From NCBI RefSeq assembly GCF_009914755.1, contig NC_060926.1: a stretch of 64,000 nt of DNA; one strand, 5' to 3'. Positions 50,713-63,840 of this stretch are shown here, in pieces. Positions within the stretch are counted from its first letter, which is position 1. Every line of letters starts with the position of its first letter. The notes under the pieces are model-generated. The model searched no databases, was not told where the DNA came from, and saw nothing but the letters and a program-made list of their open reading frames with translations. Position numbers and translations under genes: made by a program. This DNA comes from the human T2T-CHM13v2.0 reference genome, Homo sapiens.

Positions 50713-50939
50713 TCTGGTTGTTTCTTAACCTTCACTTTTTATTTGATCTAGATCTAGTTCTATACAAGAATATTCAAGGTAGAGACAACTGCAAAAAGGG
50801 GGAAAATAGTGATCTAAAAAAAGTTCAGGGCTATTCTTGATAGATTTCACAGCTCTGGCAGAACCCAGTGAGAGGCACACTTGCCAGAATTGGGCCAACT
50901 ATGGTCATTGCAGCCTTAGGTAGAGAAATTCAGTAACTG

Positions 50940-51166
50940 CCAAATTGCAGCCATCAAGGAGGGAGCCAGGGGCCAATACTATCACCTCTCTTTCATGACA
51001 TCCTTCAGTCTTTTCCAGGGCCTTCTATTGGTTGAATACAGCCAGAAGCCAGAAGGCAAGAGAGCTTACTTTATATTGCCCATTAAGGTTAGCATTCTGT
51101 GCTACATAGCAGGATGAAAAAGGGTGGAGAATAAATATTGAGGAGAAAATAGACAATATGCAGTAC
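50940..51166 (-). mobile_element. ERVL LTR fragment (LTR33-like)
   Basis: ATTGG..CCAGAAGCCAGAAGGCAAGAGAGC..AGGGTGGAGA..AATATGCAGTACA. Confidence 0.6.
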
Positions 51167-52309
51167 AGAGGGTAAAAGGAGAAAAATTTTGTACATATTT
51201 TTCTTCTCATCCTCATTTTTCTCTTTTATTTATTCTTTATCCAATGCATGCCCAGTCTCTTTCACTACTGAGCTTCATTTTGGCCTCTGTTTCCTGAGGT
51301 ACCTATCTTCTTTACCATTCGTTTGATAAATTAGTATATGTTTCTGGCACTTAAATTTTTTTAATCTATCTATTCTTTTGTCCAGCTCTAGACCATACCT
51401 TGTGCTCTCTGTGACCTTAAACTTTAAAACTTTTAATAATTACAGATTAGTTTTTTTAATGATATTTTGTGAACATGGAAGGTATAAACCAAAAAAATAT
51501 TAACTGCAACCACATAATCAAAAATAAGAATTAGAAAGTCTTCTACAATTTTAAAACAATATGGCTGGTTTTATATAGCCTTGATATATGGTTCTTTAGA
51601 ACTAGAAATTTTGAGGGCTACCTGATACTTCCAAGAAGATCCTTGGTCTTACTCCTTCGTAGCTAAGAGACCAAGGGCAACTGATGGTCAGTTACTTCAA
51701 TTAAAGTTGGAATAATAATACCAATCTCATAAAAATGTTTATTTCAAGAATTAAATGTGATAAATGAAATAAAAAATACATTGGCGCTTGCTATTGTACA
51801 CTCTTAACTTGCTTTTATTTTTGTCTAAATGAAAGCAAGAATCCTACTTTGTTCTTTGTAAGGATCATAGTCAAAATAAAATAACAATTGTATTTCAGAA
51901 ACCATAAAGAATAATGTAGCTGCTTGTTTTAGGGGTGTTTAAAATGGACAAGCCTAAAGTTATATTTTTCTGCATTCATTTTTACAACATACCATGCTGA
52001 AAGTGTCACAGATAGTTTCACTGAAGACTGTTGTGAAAATCTTTATCACTCGTATTCACATGTTTCTTGGTTCTCTCATCAACATGTAGGTTCCCTGGTT
52101 ACTTCCTCCCTCATATCTCCTCTTTCCTTTTGTTGGCCACATTACTCTTTCTCCTGTCTAGAAGTTACAGTGTTCCAAATGAATTTCACTCTTATGAAAG
52201 GGGTCAAAGGCATAATACAGTTAAGGGGAATGTTAGTGAAGCCATTGTCTGCAGTTATCAAAGATAGCACCTGTGTCCACAGAGCTCCCTTGCTGTCTAT
52301 TCAGCCTAG

Positions 52310-52620
52310 AAATTTTAGTTCGGAATATCTCAAAGTTCATTCAGTGCAAAAGTAGTATCACAAATTTTTTTATTTTTATAAAAACACCGCAGGCTTTGAA
52401 AGTCAATTTTATGTGAGAATTTCTTATCTTAGAGATTCACCATATTTTAGAGATTCACCATATTAGCATAATAAAGACTCCGAGAAGTGTACAGTAAAAA
52501 AAATTATTTTTTTAAAAAAATTGGGGCATTATTTTCCAAACTAAGTTGACCACAGATCAAGTTTGTTCCCTAGTTATATCTCTTAGGACGTATTTTAGGC
52601 ACCCTGACCTATGTCATATT
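52310..52620. mobile_element. Old hAT-Charlie fragment (Charlie4-like)
   Basis: ATTAGCATAATAAAGACTCCGAGAAGT..CAGTAAA..TTTCCAAACT..TTGACCACAGA. Confidence 0.5.
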
Positions 52621-53103
52621 GTATAAATTACGGAGAAAATATTTTCTTAGCAGCTGTTATAATCAAATATTTTCCCTAAGGAAATGACTTTTGGTTGAAA
52701 TTTCTACATAATTAAAGATGGATATTAAAGGCAGTGAAGTGAAAAGAACTGATGATGGGAAGAAAGAAGAATCAATTAAAAAAAACACAACTGTTGTTTG
52801 GCAATGAATTAGGACTTTGAGGAAAACAGACACATCTAATGATTATTTTCTTGTGTGGTAAGCATCGTAACATTCTCATTTTCCTTCTTTTCCCCAAATT
52901 TTGCATTTGAATCTATAATGTTCACTAATGATTTGTGAAATGTATTTGATTTGGGGAAATGGAACAACATATTGAGTCTTGCTCCATGGCTAGACTATGT
53001 GGTGAAACTAGAGATTGCTCATGGAAGAAAAGACATTAAAATTTGTATAGTACAGGAGGATCTTATCAACAGAATTCTTAATAGTGTATAAAATGGAAGC
53101 ATA

Positions 53104-53468
<365 letters not shown>

Positions 53469-54647
53469 TCAAGATGGGATCTTGGAGGCAACATTCAAAA
53501 TGGCACTAAATTTTCTACACAAAATTGCATTTTCAGATTGCATCTTGATTATAACTTTGGTCCCATGGACAAACGACTAATAAAATATTCATAGCAAAAT
53601 TTATCTGATGACTAGATATTAGAAAACCATATCCTAAAAACAAAACAAACCAAACCAAATGCAAAAATCCCACCTGTTCTTATATTAAGTCACTGCAGCA
53701 AAAGTAAATACCATACAATAATTCTGAAATGACATTTTGTCTTGAGAAGAGAATGTATAATTTATATAGCTTGTGTGTTGGGCTTAGAGTTTTTGAGGTT
53801 AGATAGTAAGGGAAGAGAAATCTGTGGATTGATTGAATTTTTTGAAAACCTCTTTATTGAGGTATAATTGATATACAAAAGTTGTACATATTAAATTTGC
53901 ACAAGTTAATGAATTTAGAGATAAGTGTATACCTTTGAAACTATTGCCACAATCTGTGCCATAAAGGTTCACACTATACCATCCAAAATTTCCTCCTGAT
54001 ATATTTATTTACTTATTATTTTTGCAATAAGGATCCAACATAAGATCTACTCTTTTAGCAACTTTCAAGTATGTAATATGGTATTGTTTACTATAGGCAG
54101 TGTGTTATACAGTAAATCTCTAGGATTTATTCATTGCGTGTAACTGAAAGTTTGTGCTCTTTCACTAATACGTTTCCATTTCACCCTCCTCTATCTCCTG
54201 GAAAAAACCTTTCTACTTGCTGCTTCTATGAGTTTGACTAATTTAGATTCCTCATATAAGTGGTAGCATGGAGTATTTATACTTTTTGTGTCTGGTTTAT
54301 TTCACTTAGCATAATGTTCCCTGGGTTCACCCATATTGTTGCATATGGGGAAATTTCCTTTTTTTAAAAAATAGAATGATGATCCATTGTATGCATGTAT
54401 CACGTGTTCTTTATCCATTTATTCAGTGATAAATATTTAGGTTGCTCCCACATCTTAGGTATTGTGAATAATGCTACAATAAACATGGAAAGGCAGATAT
54501 CTCTAAGAGATACTGATTTTAATTACTTTGGTACACCTTTTAATTACTTTGGTATAACTTTACTCCTCCCTCAAAACTTTATGTTACTGATGTTACAATT
54601 TTTATCTTTTATATTGTATAACCTTTTACAGATCGTTGTAATTACAC

Positions 54648-54834
54648 TTTCCTTTCTTTCTTTTTTCTTTCTTCCTTCCTTCCTTCCTCCCTTCCTTCCT
54701 TCCTCCCTTCCTTCCTCCCTTCCTCCCTTCCTCCCTCCCTCCCTCCCTCCCTCCCTCCCTCCCTTCGTTCCTTCCTTCCTTCCTTCCTTCCTTCCTTCCT
54801 TCCTTCCTTCCTTCCTTCCTTCCTTTCTTTTTTT
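54648..54834. repeat. Polypyrimidine (CCTT)n/(CCCT)n tract derived from the Alu tail
   Basis: About 187 bp of almost pure C/T, seen directly. Confidence 0.95.
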
Positions 54835-55016
54835 GAGACAGAGTCTTGTGTTACCAACCAGGCTGAAGTGCAGTGACACAATTATTGCTTACTGCAGCCT
54901 CAAACTCCTGGGCTCAAGCAGTCCTCCCACCTCAGCCTCCTAAGCAGCTGGGACCACAGGTGCATGCAACCATGCATAACTGATTAAAAAAAAATATATA
55001 TATATATAAATATAGT

Positions 55017-55054
<38 letters not shown>

Positions 55055-55419
55055 GTATATATAGTGTACAGATGAAGTCATAGTATGTTGCAGGGATCAC
55101 AGATGTATGCCACCATGCACAACTGGTTAATTTATAATCTGTACAACATAAATCTGGATGTCCATGTCTCTCCCCAGATTTGGTAAGCTTTCAGCTATTA
55201 TTTCTTTAAATAAGCTTTCTGTTTCTTTCCTCCTTATCTTCACCTGTTTGTGTTCCATAATATGTATACTGGTTCATTTGATGGTAGCATATATATGTTA
55301 CAGATGAGGTTTCGGTGTGTTGCTGCCCAGGCTGGTGTCAACCAACCAGGCTCAAGCCATCTTCCTGCCTTGGCCTCCCAAAGCGCTGGGATTACAGGCA
55401 TGAGCCATTGCACCCAGCC
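54835..55419 (-). mobile_element. AluJ with rearranged middle ((TA)n/(CA)n, duplication, 142-bp insert)
   Basis: Right arm 54835-54985 and left arm ~55299-55419, separated by ~310 bp of non-canonical sequence. Confidence 0.88.
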
Positions 55420-56364
55420 TATAGCTATTCCTAATACTGTGTTGTTTTTTTTTTTTTAACTTTTATACTTGGGCTAAAAATGATTTATCCACCACCATTA
55501 CAGCACTATGTTATTCTATGTCTATGTATATATTTACTTTTACCTGTAAGTTTTCTACTTTCTTATGCCGTCTTGTTGCTTTTAAGCATCCTTTCATTTC
55601 AATTTGAATAACTTTCTTTAGCACTTTTGTAATGCAGGTCTAACAGTGATAAATTCCCTCTGTTTTTGTTTGTTAGTGAAAGTCTTTAGCTCTTCTTCAT
55701 TTTAAAAGGAGAGTTTTACCAATCAAAATATTCTTGGTTGGCAGTTTTTTTTTTTCAGTGTCTTGAATAAATCATCCTGCTCTCTCTTTGCCTGAAAGAT
55801 TTTTGCTGAGAAATCAGCTGATAGTCTTTTGAAAGTTCCCTTGTGTATAATAAGTTAATTTATCCTACTGCCTTCAAAATTCTGTTTGTTTTTGACTTTT
55901 GAAAATTTAAATGTAATGTGTCTCAGTGTAGACCTCTTTAGATTCAACGTATTTGGTGTGTTTTGGGTAAATCATAAATCTAGATGTCCATATCTCTCCC
56001 CAGATTTGGTAAACTTTCAGCTATTATTTCTTTAAATAAGCTTTCTGTTTCTTTCCTCTTTATCTTCACCTTTTTGTATTCCATAATATGTACACTGGTT
56101 CATTTGATGGTAGCCTATAAGTCCCATAGGCTTTCTTCATTCTTTTCACTTTTTCACTCCTCTGACTAGATAATTTCAAATGAAACTCTCGTCACATTCA
56201 TTGATTCTTTTTTCTACTTGATTGAGTTTACTCTTCAAGCTTTCTATGGAAATGTTTCTATTTTACAGTTCAGTCGTTGTATTCTTCATCTCTAAAATTT
56301 CTGTTTTTTAATGTTTTCAATCTTTTAGTTCAACTTCTGATTTTGCTGATATATTGTTTTCTTT

Positions 56365-57448
<1,084 letters not shown>

Positions 57449-58904
57449 TTATTTCTTTTAGTTGCATGTCTGTGTTTCTTGTGGCTCGCTGAGCCACCTA
57501 ACAATGATTATTTTGAATTATTTATCAGGCAATTCATACATCTCCATTGATTTTAGGTCAGTTATTAGTACTTTATTTTGTTTCTTTGGTGGTGTCATGT
57601 TTACCTAATTATTCATAATATTGATAACCTTGCATTGATGTCTACACAGTTGAAAAAATATAGTCCCCCTCTTCCAGTCTTTATAAACTTGCTTTGGGAT
57701 GAAAAGACCTTCATCAGTCAGCCCAGCTAGAGATTATAGGGATCTCTTAAATCTTTTCTGTGGATACATCCACTCAACTCCTCTTATTCCCTCCTGGGGT
57801 AAAGTCTTAAATCTACATGCCTTCTCTTTATCCCATAAAACCATGTTGGGTGCTGAGAGCTGCCCATTCCTTTCTCCTAGGTAAGTGCTGTGATGTGCTA
57901 GGGCATTGGATGCAAACTCCTTTTTCTCTTTCCTCCATGAATGGGATGTTTCAGGTTGATGCACCTTTCTTCTACCCTGCAGAGCCACGCGGAAAGTCAA
58001 GTGTCACCCACCCCTTTTCCTTGGAGCTGTGCACTAAGATTCTGGGACAATGGGTGTAACATTCATTGCTTTCTATCTCTTCTGAAGGAGCAGTTTCAGG
58101 CTTGTGTGCTTTCTCCCAGTCCCACAGAGTTAAGCCAGTTCCTGAAGTCTACATGCTAACTTGGAAGTACTTGGGATGCTGGTTTTGGGTATTTACAGGA
58201 TGCCATCTGTGGAAGCACACATGCTGGTTGCTGTGAGCTCCCTTCTTTCTTCTTTCTTTTTTGTTTCTAGTTGCTCTCTGATTCTCCAGTCATCCAATTT
58301 TCTCAGTGTTCAGGATACAGTAGGATACAAGCAGGCCTCTCAGGATGTTCCCCTTCAAATTCTGGGAAACCCAGACCTTTTCTATGCTCTCTCTTTCTCC
58401 TGCAGGAAAAAAGAAATTCCTTTTGGCACTGATTTGTACCTGCCCCTGGGAGGGTGTTATAGGCAGAGTAAAACTGCTTTCTCTACCCCTTTCAGTGTAG
58501 TTGATCTTGTACTTTGTGGTCCACCAGAGTGATGGAAACTTTCAATGGACTCTGGAACTCTCATAAAGATATTTTCATTCATGAATGATTGTCAAAATAA
58601 GGTTTCTCTGGAGGGATAAGAGCTGAAATCGCCTATTCTACCACTACCACTTTGCTGATGTCACATTCTAGATTAATTGATTTCTTAAAGTGAGGGCTGA
58701 TCAAAGCAAGGTTCTGAGCAAAGAAGGAAATATTATATGAAACAATTCCTCATTTATAATTGCCTAACTAATGAAGTGATTGCTCTGGTTCTTGTGATTA
58801 AAACCCAGTAATACCAAAACCTATATTTCAATGACTTCTCTTATTTGGCACTAGATTTTGGAACCCCAAATCAGTATCTGTTTAGTTAAAGGAAACCTAT
58901 ATAC

Positions 58905-59305
58905 AATAATGTGATGGTAAAAGTTTAACAACAAACTCTCTAAGGAAACTAACAAAAATAAGTCATGATTATTAGTATTTGTCATTTCTGTGGTATAAAT
59001 ACTATTTTTTACCATGTTAAATTTCAAGCCGTCAAAGTCACTGAATGTGGAACTGGGAAGAGATGCATAGGTAGCACACCAATATATAGTATTTACAGCG
59101 TACAGATACAATAGATATAAATAACCTTAAAAGTATAGGTAAAAATATGATATTTAGAAAGTCTGAGTTCTGGGTGTATATTAACTTTTTTAAAAATTGC
59201 ACAAATGTAAGCTTATGTAATTTGCTTTTGAATAATAATTGTGTTTAAAAAGAAGATTACGACATTTTTGAAAATTTAAGGTATAAGCTGCCTGTAGCAC
59301 ACCAC
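58905..59305. mobile_element. MER63-type hAT element
   Basis: GTGATGGTAAAAGTTTAACAAC..GTGGTATAAATACT..GTCACTGAATGTGGAACTGGGAAGAGATGC..AGCACACCA. Confidence 0.8.
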
Positions 59306-59666
59306 AGCCTATATCCATAAAGGATAATCTGAGAATTACAAACAGATCTTTCTACTTTAAGTTATCTTCCAAGTTATCTTTCTAGCCAGAATTCATAATG
59401 TTTCTTTTTCTTTGGATGTTCATGATAAAATATACAGTTGACCTTGGAACAACACAGGGGTTGGGGATGCTGGCCCCCCACATAGTTAAAAATCCATGTA
59501 TAGCTTTTGACCTTCCAAAAACTTGACTGCTAATAGCTTACTGTTGGCCAAATGACTGGCCAATAAACACAAAGAGTTACCACATATTTTGTTTAAGAGT
59601 TATACACTGCATTCTTACAATAAAGTAAGCTAGTGGAAAGAAAATGTTATTAAGAAAATCATAAGG

Positions 59667-59772
59667 TATGATTATTATGCATTGCATGCCTATATCAAAA
59701 TATCTCATGTACCTCATAAATATATATACCAATTATTTACCTACAAAAATTTAAAATAAAAAAATCTAAAAA
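59667..59772 (+). mobile_element. Short L1MA (MA1-3-like) 3' end with A-rich tail
   Basis: TGATTATTATGCATTGCATGCCTATATCAAAATATCTCATGTACCTCATAAATATATATACC..AAAAT. Confidence 0.85.
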
Positions 59773-61834
59773 GGGCTGCTCTGCCTATGGAGTAGCCATT
59801 CTTTATTTCTTTACTTTCCTAATAAACTTGCTTTCACTTTACTATATGGACTTGCCCTGAATTCTTTCTTGTGTGAGATTCAAGAACCCTCTCTTGAGGT
59901 CTGAATCAGGACCCCTTTCTGGTAACACCATCCTGGGGAACCACAAAGGGGTGATACTGAAGAGACCCTGACCCAAAGGAAATAGACTGCAGCACCAATT
60001 GGCCAACTTTGGGTAAGTGGTAGGATACCCAGGTAAAGGATGGGATTGAGTTAGAGGCCCAACTTAGGGGAGTTAGAGTCTCTCCTAAGACAGAGTGGGT
60101 TAAAAGTCCCTCTTAATAAAAGACAAGGATGCTTGACCAAATATGGTTTCGAGGCCCAACTTACAAAGGTTAGAATCTTCCTAAGATTTAGTGGGTTAGA
60201 GGACCCTCTCAGTAAAGTCTGTCTTGTCTAAGGGTGGATTTGGCACTATGGGATGTTAACTGCCATTTTGTTTGCATTAATCTACCTTGCACTCTTTGCT
60301 GACAGCTGTGGGTGAGAGGATTAGGCATGTACAGGACCATGGGACATGGAGAGCTTTTTTCTCCCCAGAGGGGAAACTTGAGAGCTGATGGGACTGCTGG
60401 AAAAAATCCCTTCACGACCAACAAGTGGTTGCCTAAACTTTTGATTCAGTGTCGCTCCAATGGGTAGGTCTTTCTCTGGCCTCCCTGAGCTCCTTGCCTT
60501 CTCCACCCTGTCGCAGGCAATGCTTTTCTCCTTTTCTCTGTTTTCTCTTTTCTGTTTTTCAGGGCAACCATCTTGCCCAGAGACCACATGTTGGAACTCC
60601 TCATTGGAGGTTGGATTAAAGATGACAGGGCCTGTCCAGGGGCAAGTTTGAGCCTTGCCAGTAAGATATTGGGTACTAAGTGGCTAATGTCTATGTTTTG
60701 TCACATCACATGTATTTTGCTCTGGCCAGAATGGAAAATGTTACTTTGGTTACCCCATGCAACCTCTTGGGCTGTGTCTTGAAAAGTTGAGAGGCTTTTG
60801 CCTATGAAATGTTCCTCGGGAGCTTGACCTTGTAACCAGATGGTGGTACTTTCTCTTGGTCTCCACTAAGGGAACAGAAATTTTAGAATTCATACCATAG
60901 TTAGCCCTAAAAATTATCTCAAGCAGTTAAAAGCCTTTGCAAGCTCAAAATTGGCTGCTCTAGGCTCTTTCTGGGAAGGGCAATGGAGACCACCCAGTGC
61001 TGCAGCTCAGTAGCTAAAGCTTTGTTTTTTCACAGTGGTGGCCCAGGTTCAGGTTCAATTTTTGGCCTAGGGAATAAGTACTTTTTGGTTGAAATCTGTG
61101 TGATTTTTACCATTTGTTGAATCTCTTTCTTCCACAAACCATCTTGAAATTTCCTTTCTCTGAGTGCCTGGAAGGTTACCTTTGGTAAAGTTCAAAAGCC
61201 AGTATTGGCCATTTCGCATGGCTAAAGTAGGGAAATAAGAAATTTTAAAAAATGTTTTTTAAAGAGTGCTATGGTTAAAAGTCAGCTTAATAAAAAGCAG
61301 ATATTCAAGCTCTAACAGCCTGAGACTCCATATGGAGAAAAGATGTATTAGTCCGATTTCACACTGCTCTTAGGAACTGCCCAAGACTGGGTAATTTATA
61401 AAGTAAAGAAGTTTAATTCACTCATAGTTCTGCATGGCAGAGGAGGCCTCAGGAAACTACAATCAAGGTGGAAGGTGAAGGGAAAACAAGGACCTTCTTC
61501 ATGAGGCTGCAGAAGAGAGACAGCAGAGAGCAAAGGGGGAAGAGCCGTTTATTAAACCATCAGACCTCATGAGAACTCATTCACTATCACGAGAACAGCA
61601 TGGGGGTAACAGCCACCATGATCCAATCACCTCCCTCCAGGTCCATCCCTTGACACCTGGGGATTACAGTGTGAGATGAGAAGCATGCTCTTGGCCATCT
61701 AGAAGGTATGGAAATGTTCTCAACCCCCCTCCCCCCCCCACAGCCATTGAGAGATAAGACTCCCATGGGAAATGGGTTGATTCCCTCTTTTGGTGGGGGG
61801 GATCCAGGATCTGGTATAAAAATGAGACACTTTT
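59773..61834 (+). mobile_element. MER41 LTR R/U5 part (59773-59927) plus MER41-int leader, interrupted by a MaLR LTR
   Basis: GGGCTGCTCTGCCTATGGAGTAGCCATTC..AATAAACTTGC..GGACCCCTTTCTGGTAACA; degenerate tRNA-Arg-type PBS TGGGGAACCACAAAGGG at 59934; splice donor GG|GTAAGT at 60013. Confidence 0.85.
61344..61680 (-). mobile_element. MaLR LTR (THE1D/MSTA-like), ~30 bp clipped at one end
   Basis: TGTATTAGTCCGATTTCACACTGCT..GGGGATTACAGTGTGAGATGAG, then an abrupt return to ERV1 sequence. Confidence 0.9.
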
Positions 61835-61835
61835 G

Positions 61836-62517
61836 AGAAAAAATAACAGTTTCTGGCGAGGATGCGGAGAAAAGGGAACCTTTATACACTGTTGGTGGTA
61901 GAGTAAATAAGTTCAACCATTGTGGAAGACAGTATGGTGATTCCTCAAAGAGCTAAAAGGAGAACTACCTTTCAACCCAGAAATCCCATTACAAGGTGTA
62001 TACCCAAAGGAATATAAAGCCTTCTATCATAAAGACACATGCACGCGAATGTTCACTGCAGCACTGTTCACAAAAGCAAAGACATGGAATCAATGTAATC
62101 CCTATCAATGACAGATTGGATAAAGAAAATGTGGTACATATACACCATGGAATATTATGCAGCCATAAAAAATAATGAGATTGTGTCTTTTGCAGGAACG
62201 TGGATGAAACTGGAAGCTATCATCCTTAGTGAACTAATACAGATACGGAAAATCAAATATCCCATGTTCTTACTTAATATTGGGAGCTAAATGATAAGAA
62301 CTCATGAACATAAAAAAGGAAATAACAGACACTGGGGTCTACTTGAGGGTGGATGGAGGCTGGAAGGAGCAAGAAGAGCAGAAAAGATTGAGTACTGGGC
62401 TTAATACCTGGGTGATGTAATAATATATACCCTAATGACATGTTAACCCAAGCTTATATATGTAGCAAACCTTCACATGTATCCCCAAAACTAAAATAAA
62501 AATTAAAAAAAGAAAAC
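61836..62517 (+). mobile_element. 5'-truncated LINE-1 3' end (L1PA13-15-like) with A-tail
   Basis: WIKKMWYIYTMEYYAAIK..FAGTWMKLEAIILS; GAGCAGAAAAGA..CTGGGCTTAATACCTGGGTGATG; AATAAA and A-tail. Confidence 0.92.
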
Positions 62518-63459
62518 AAGAAAATTATATGGAAGAGAAAATATATTTACCATTCATTAAGTGGCAGTGAATCCTTATAAAGATCTTCATTGTCTTCATG
62601 TTAAGTGGACGTAAGAAGAGAAGGAAGACGAGGGGTTGGTCTTGCTGTCTCAGAAGTGGCAGAAACAGAAGAAAATTCACCTATAAGTGGACCATGTGAG
62701 CTGAACAAATCTTGTTGTTCAATGGTCAACTGTAACGTATTGTCCTGGTGATGTAGCTGGTGGTTACTGAATATGTGTCTGAGTGAATGGAAAGCACAGA
62801 TGGCTGATGAGATAGAAAAGTATGAGAGAATGTTTGTTGCACATGCCCTGATGATTATAAAGGACACACACTGATAGAGAGCCAGAATGAAGGGACTCTG
62901 GCATTCTACATAAAGAGAGTTCACAAATACTCAAAATTCTGACTTCCTAAATGTTTTACTGTAGACATTGAAGAGTATTTTTATTCCTGGACTTTGACTT
63001 CAACTCATCATTGACTTGAACTTAGAATAAATGCAAGCAAGCAAGCAAAAAACTCTTCTTCATATACTGTCATAAAGCAAATCAACATTAATTCTGTGTA
63101 GTCCCTTTTGTTCATGAATCATATGACAGAATCAGATTATGACCCCAAAATTGATAAAGAAATAAAGAAATTATTCAAATGGGAAATAAATCTTTTGGAG
63201 AAGCACAACAGGAAAGAACCATAAGAATTCCCAGACTCTAAGATTCTGGATTTTTCTTTCTTGGCTCCCCTTATTGCTTTGAGATTTCTGAGTTCAGATG
63301 TCCAAACTTGGCAGAATAAAGAAGATATGCAATTATAGAGCCTCTCTAAATATATCAAAGCATACTAAAAAGGGAGCTCTGATTTTTGCCACAGGACCTT
63401 TAAACATAAGAGCCAGACATTGCAAATGAAAGCATGGCCTGTATTGAAATTGCCTAATT

Positions 63460-63612
63460 ATCAATCCATCTCCCCATAGATCTTAAATTCTGTGAGAATA
63501 GAAACTATTTGTCTTATTTATGACAGTCGCCTCTAGTACCTGGTACAGTGACAGCAAAGTTTCTGTGCAGAACACAAAACGTGTTCAATTAATATTTGTT
63601 GGCTGAATGAAT
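63460..63612 (+). mobile_element. L2 3' end
   Basis: TAAATTCTGTGAGAATAG..GTGTTCAATTAATATTTGTTGGCTGAATGAAT. Confidence 0.65.
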
Positions 63613-63679
63613 ATGTGCATGTTACCTTTGACATAGTATAAGTGGATTAATGTTGGCTGAATCACATTTCTGTACATAA

Positions 63680-63840
63680 TATCTGTGTGATATTGACATA
63701 TTACCTCTCCTATAAAATGAGGACAATAATAGTACCTCATATGGTTGTGTTGAGGTTTAAGAGAGGTGATTAACATAAAGTCCTCAGTACAGTGTCTAAC
63801 TTATGGTAAAGAATTAATAGATGTTAGTTATCATTATTCT
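63680..63840 (+). mobile_element. MIR
   Basis: TATAAAATGAGGACAATAATAGTACCTCATATGGTTGTGTTGAGGTTTAA..ACAGTGTCT. Confidence 0.8.

Larger units (their letters stand above)
59435..62732. mobile_element. Tigger2a (MER28) split into 59435-59666 and 62518-62732
   Basis: TIRs CAGTTGACCTTGGAACAACA / TGTTGTTCAATGGTCAACTG, both flanked by TA; the internal sequence continues across the insertion (..AAGAAAATCATAAGG|AAGAGAAAATATATTTAC..). Confidence 0.92.

Noticed and set aside
54395-54943. 182-aa Pro/Ser-rich ORF and antisense Glu/Gly/Arg-rich ORFs
   Set aside because: They are translations of the (CCTT)n/(CCCT)n repeat plus L1/Alu sequence.
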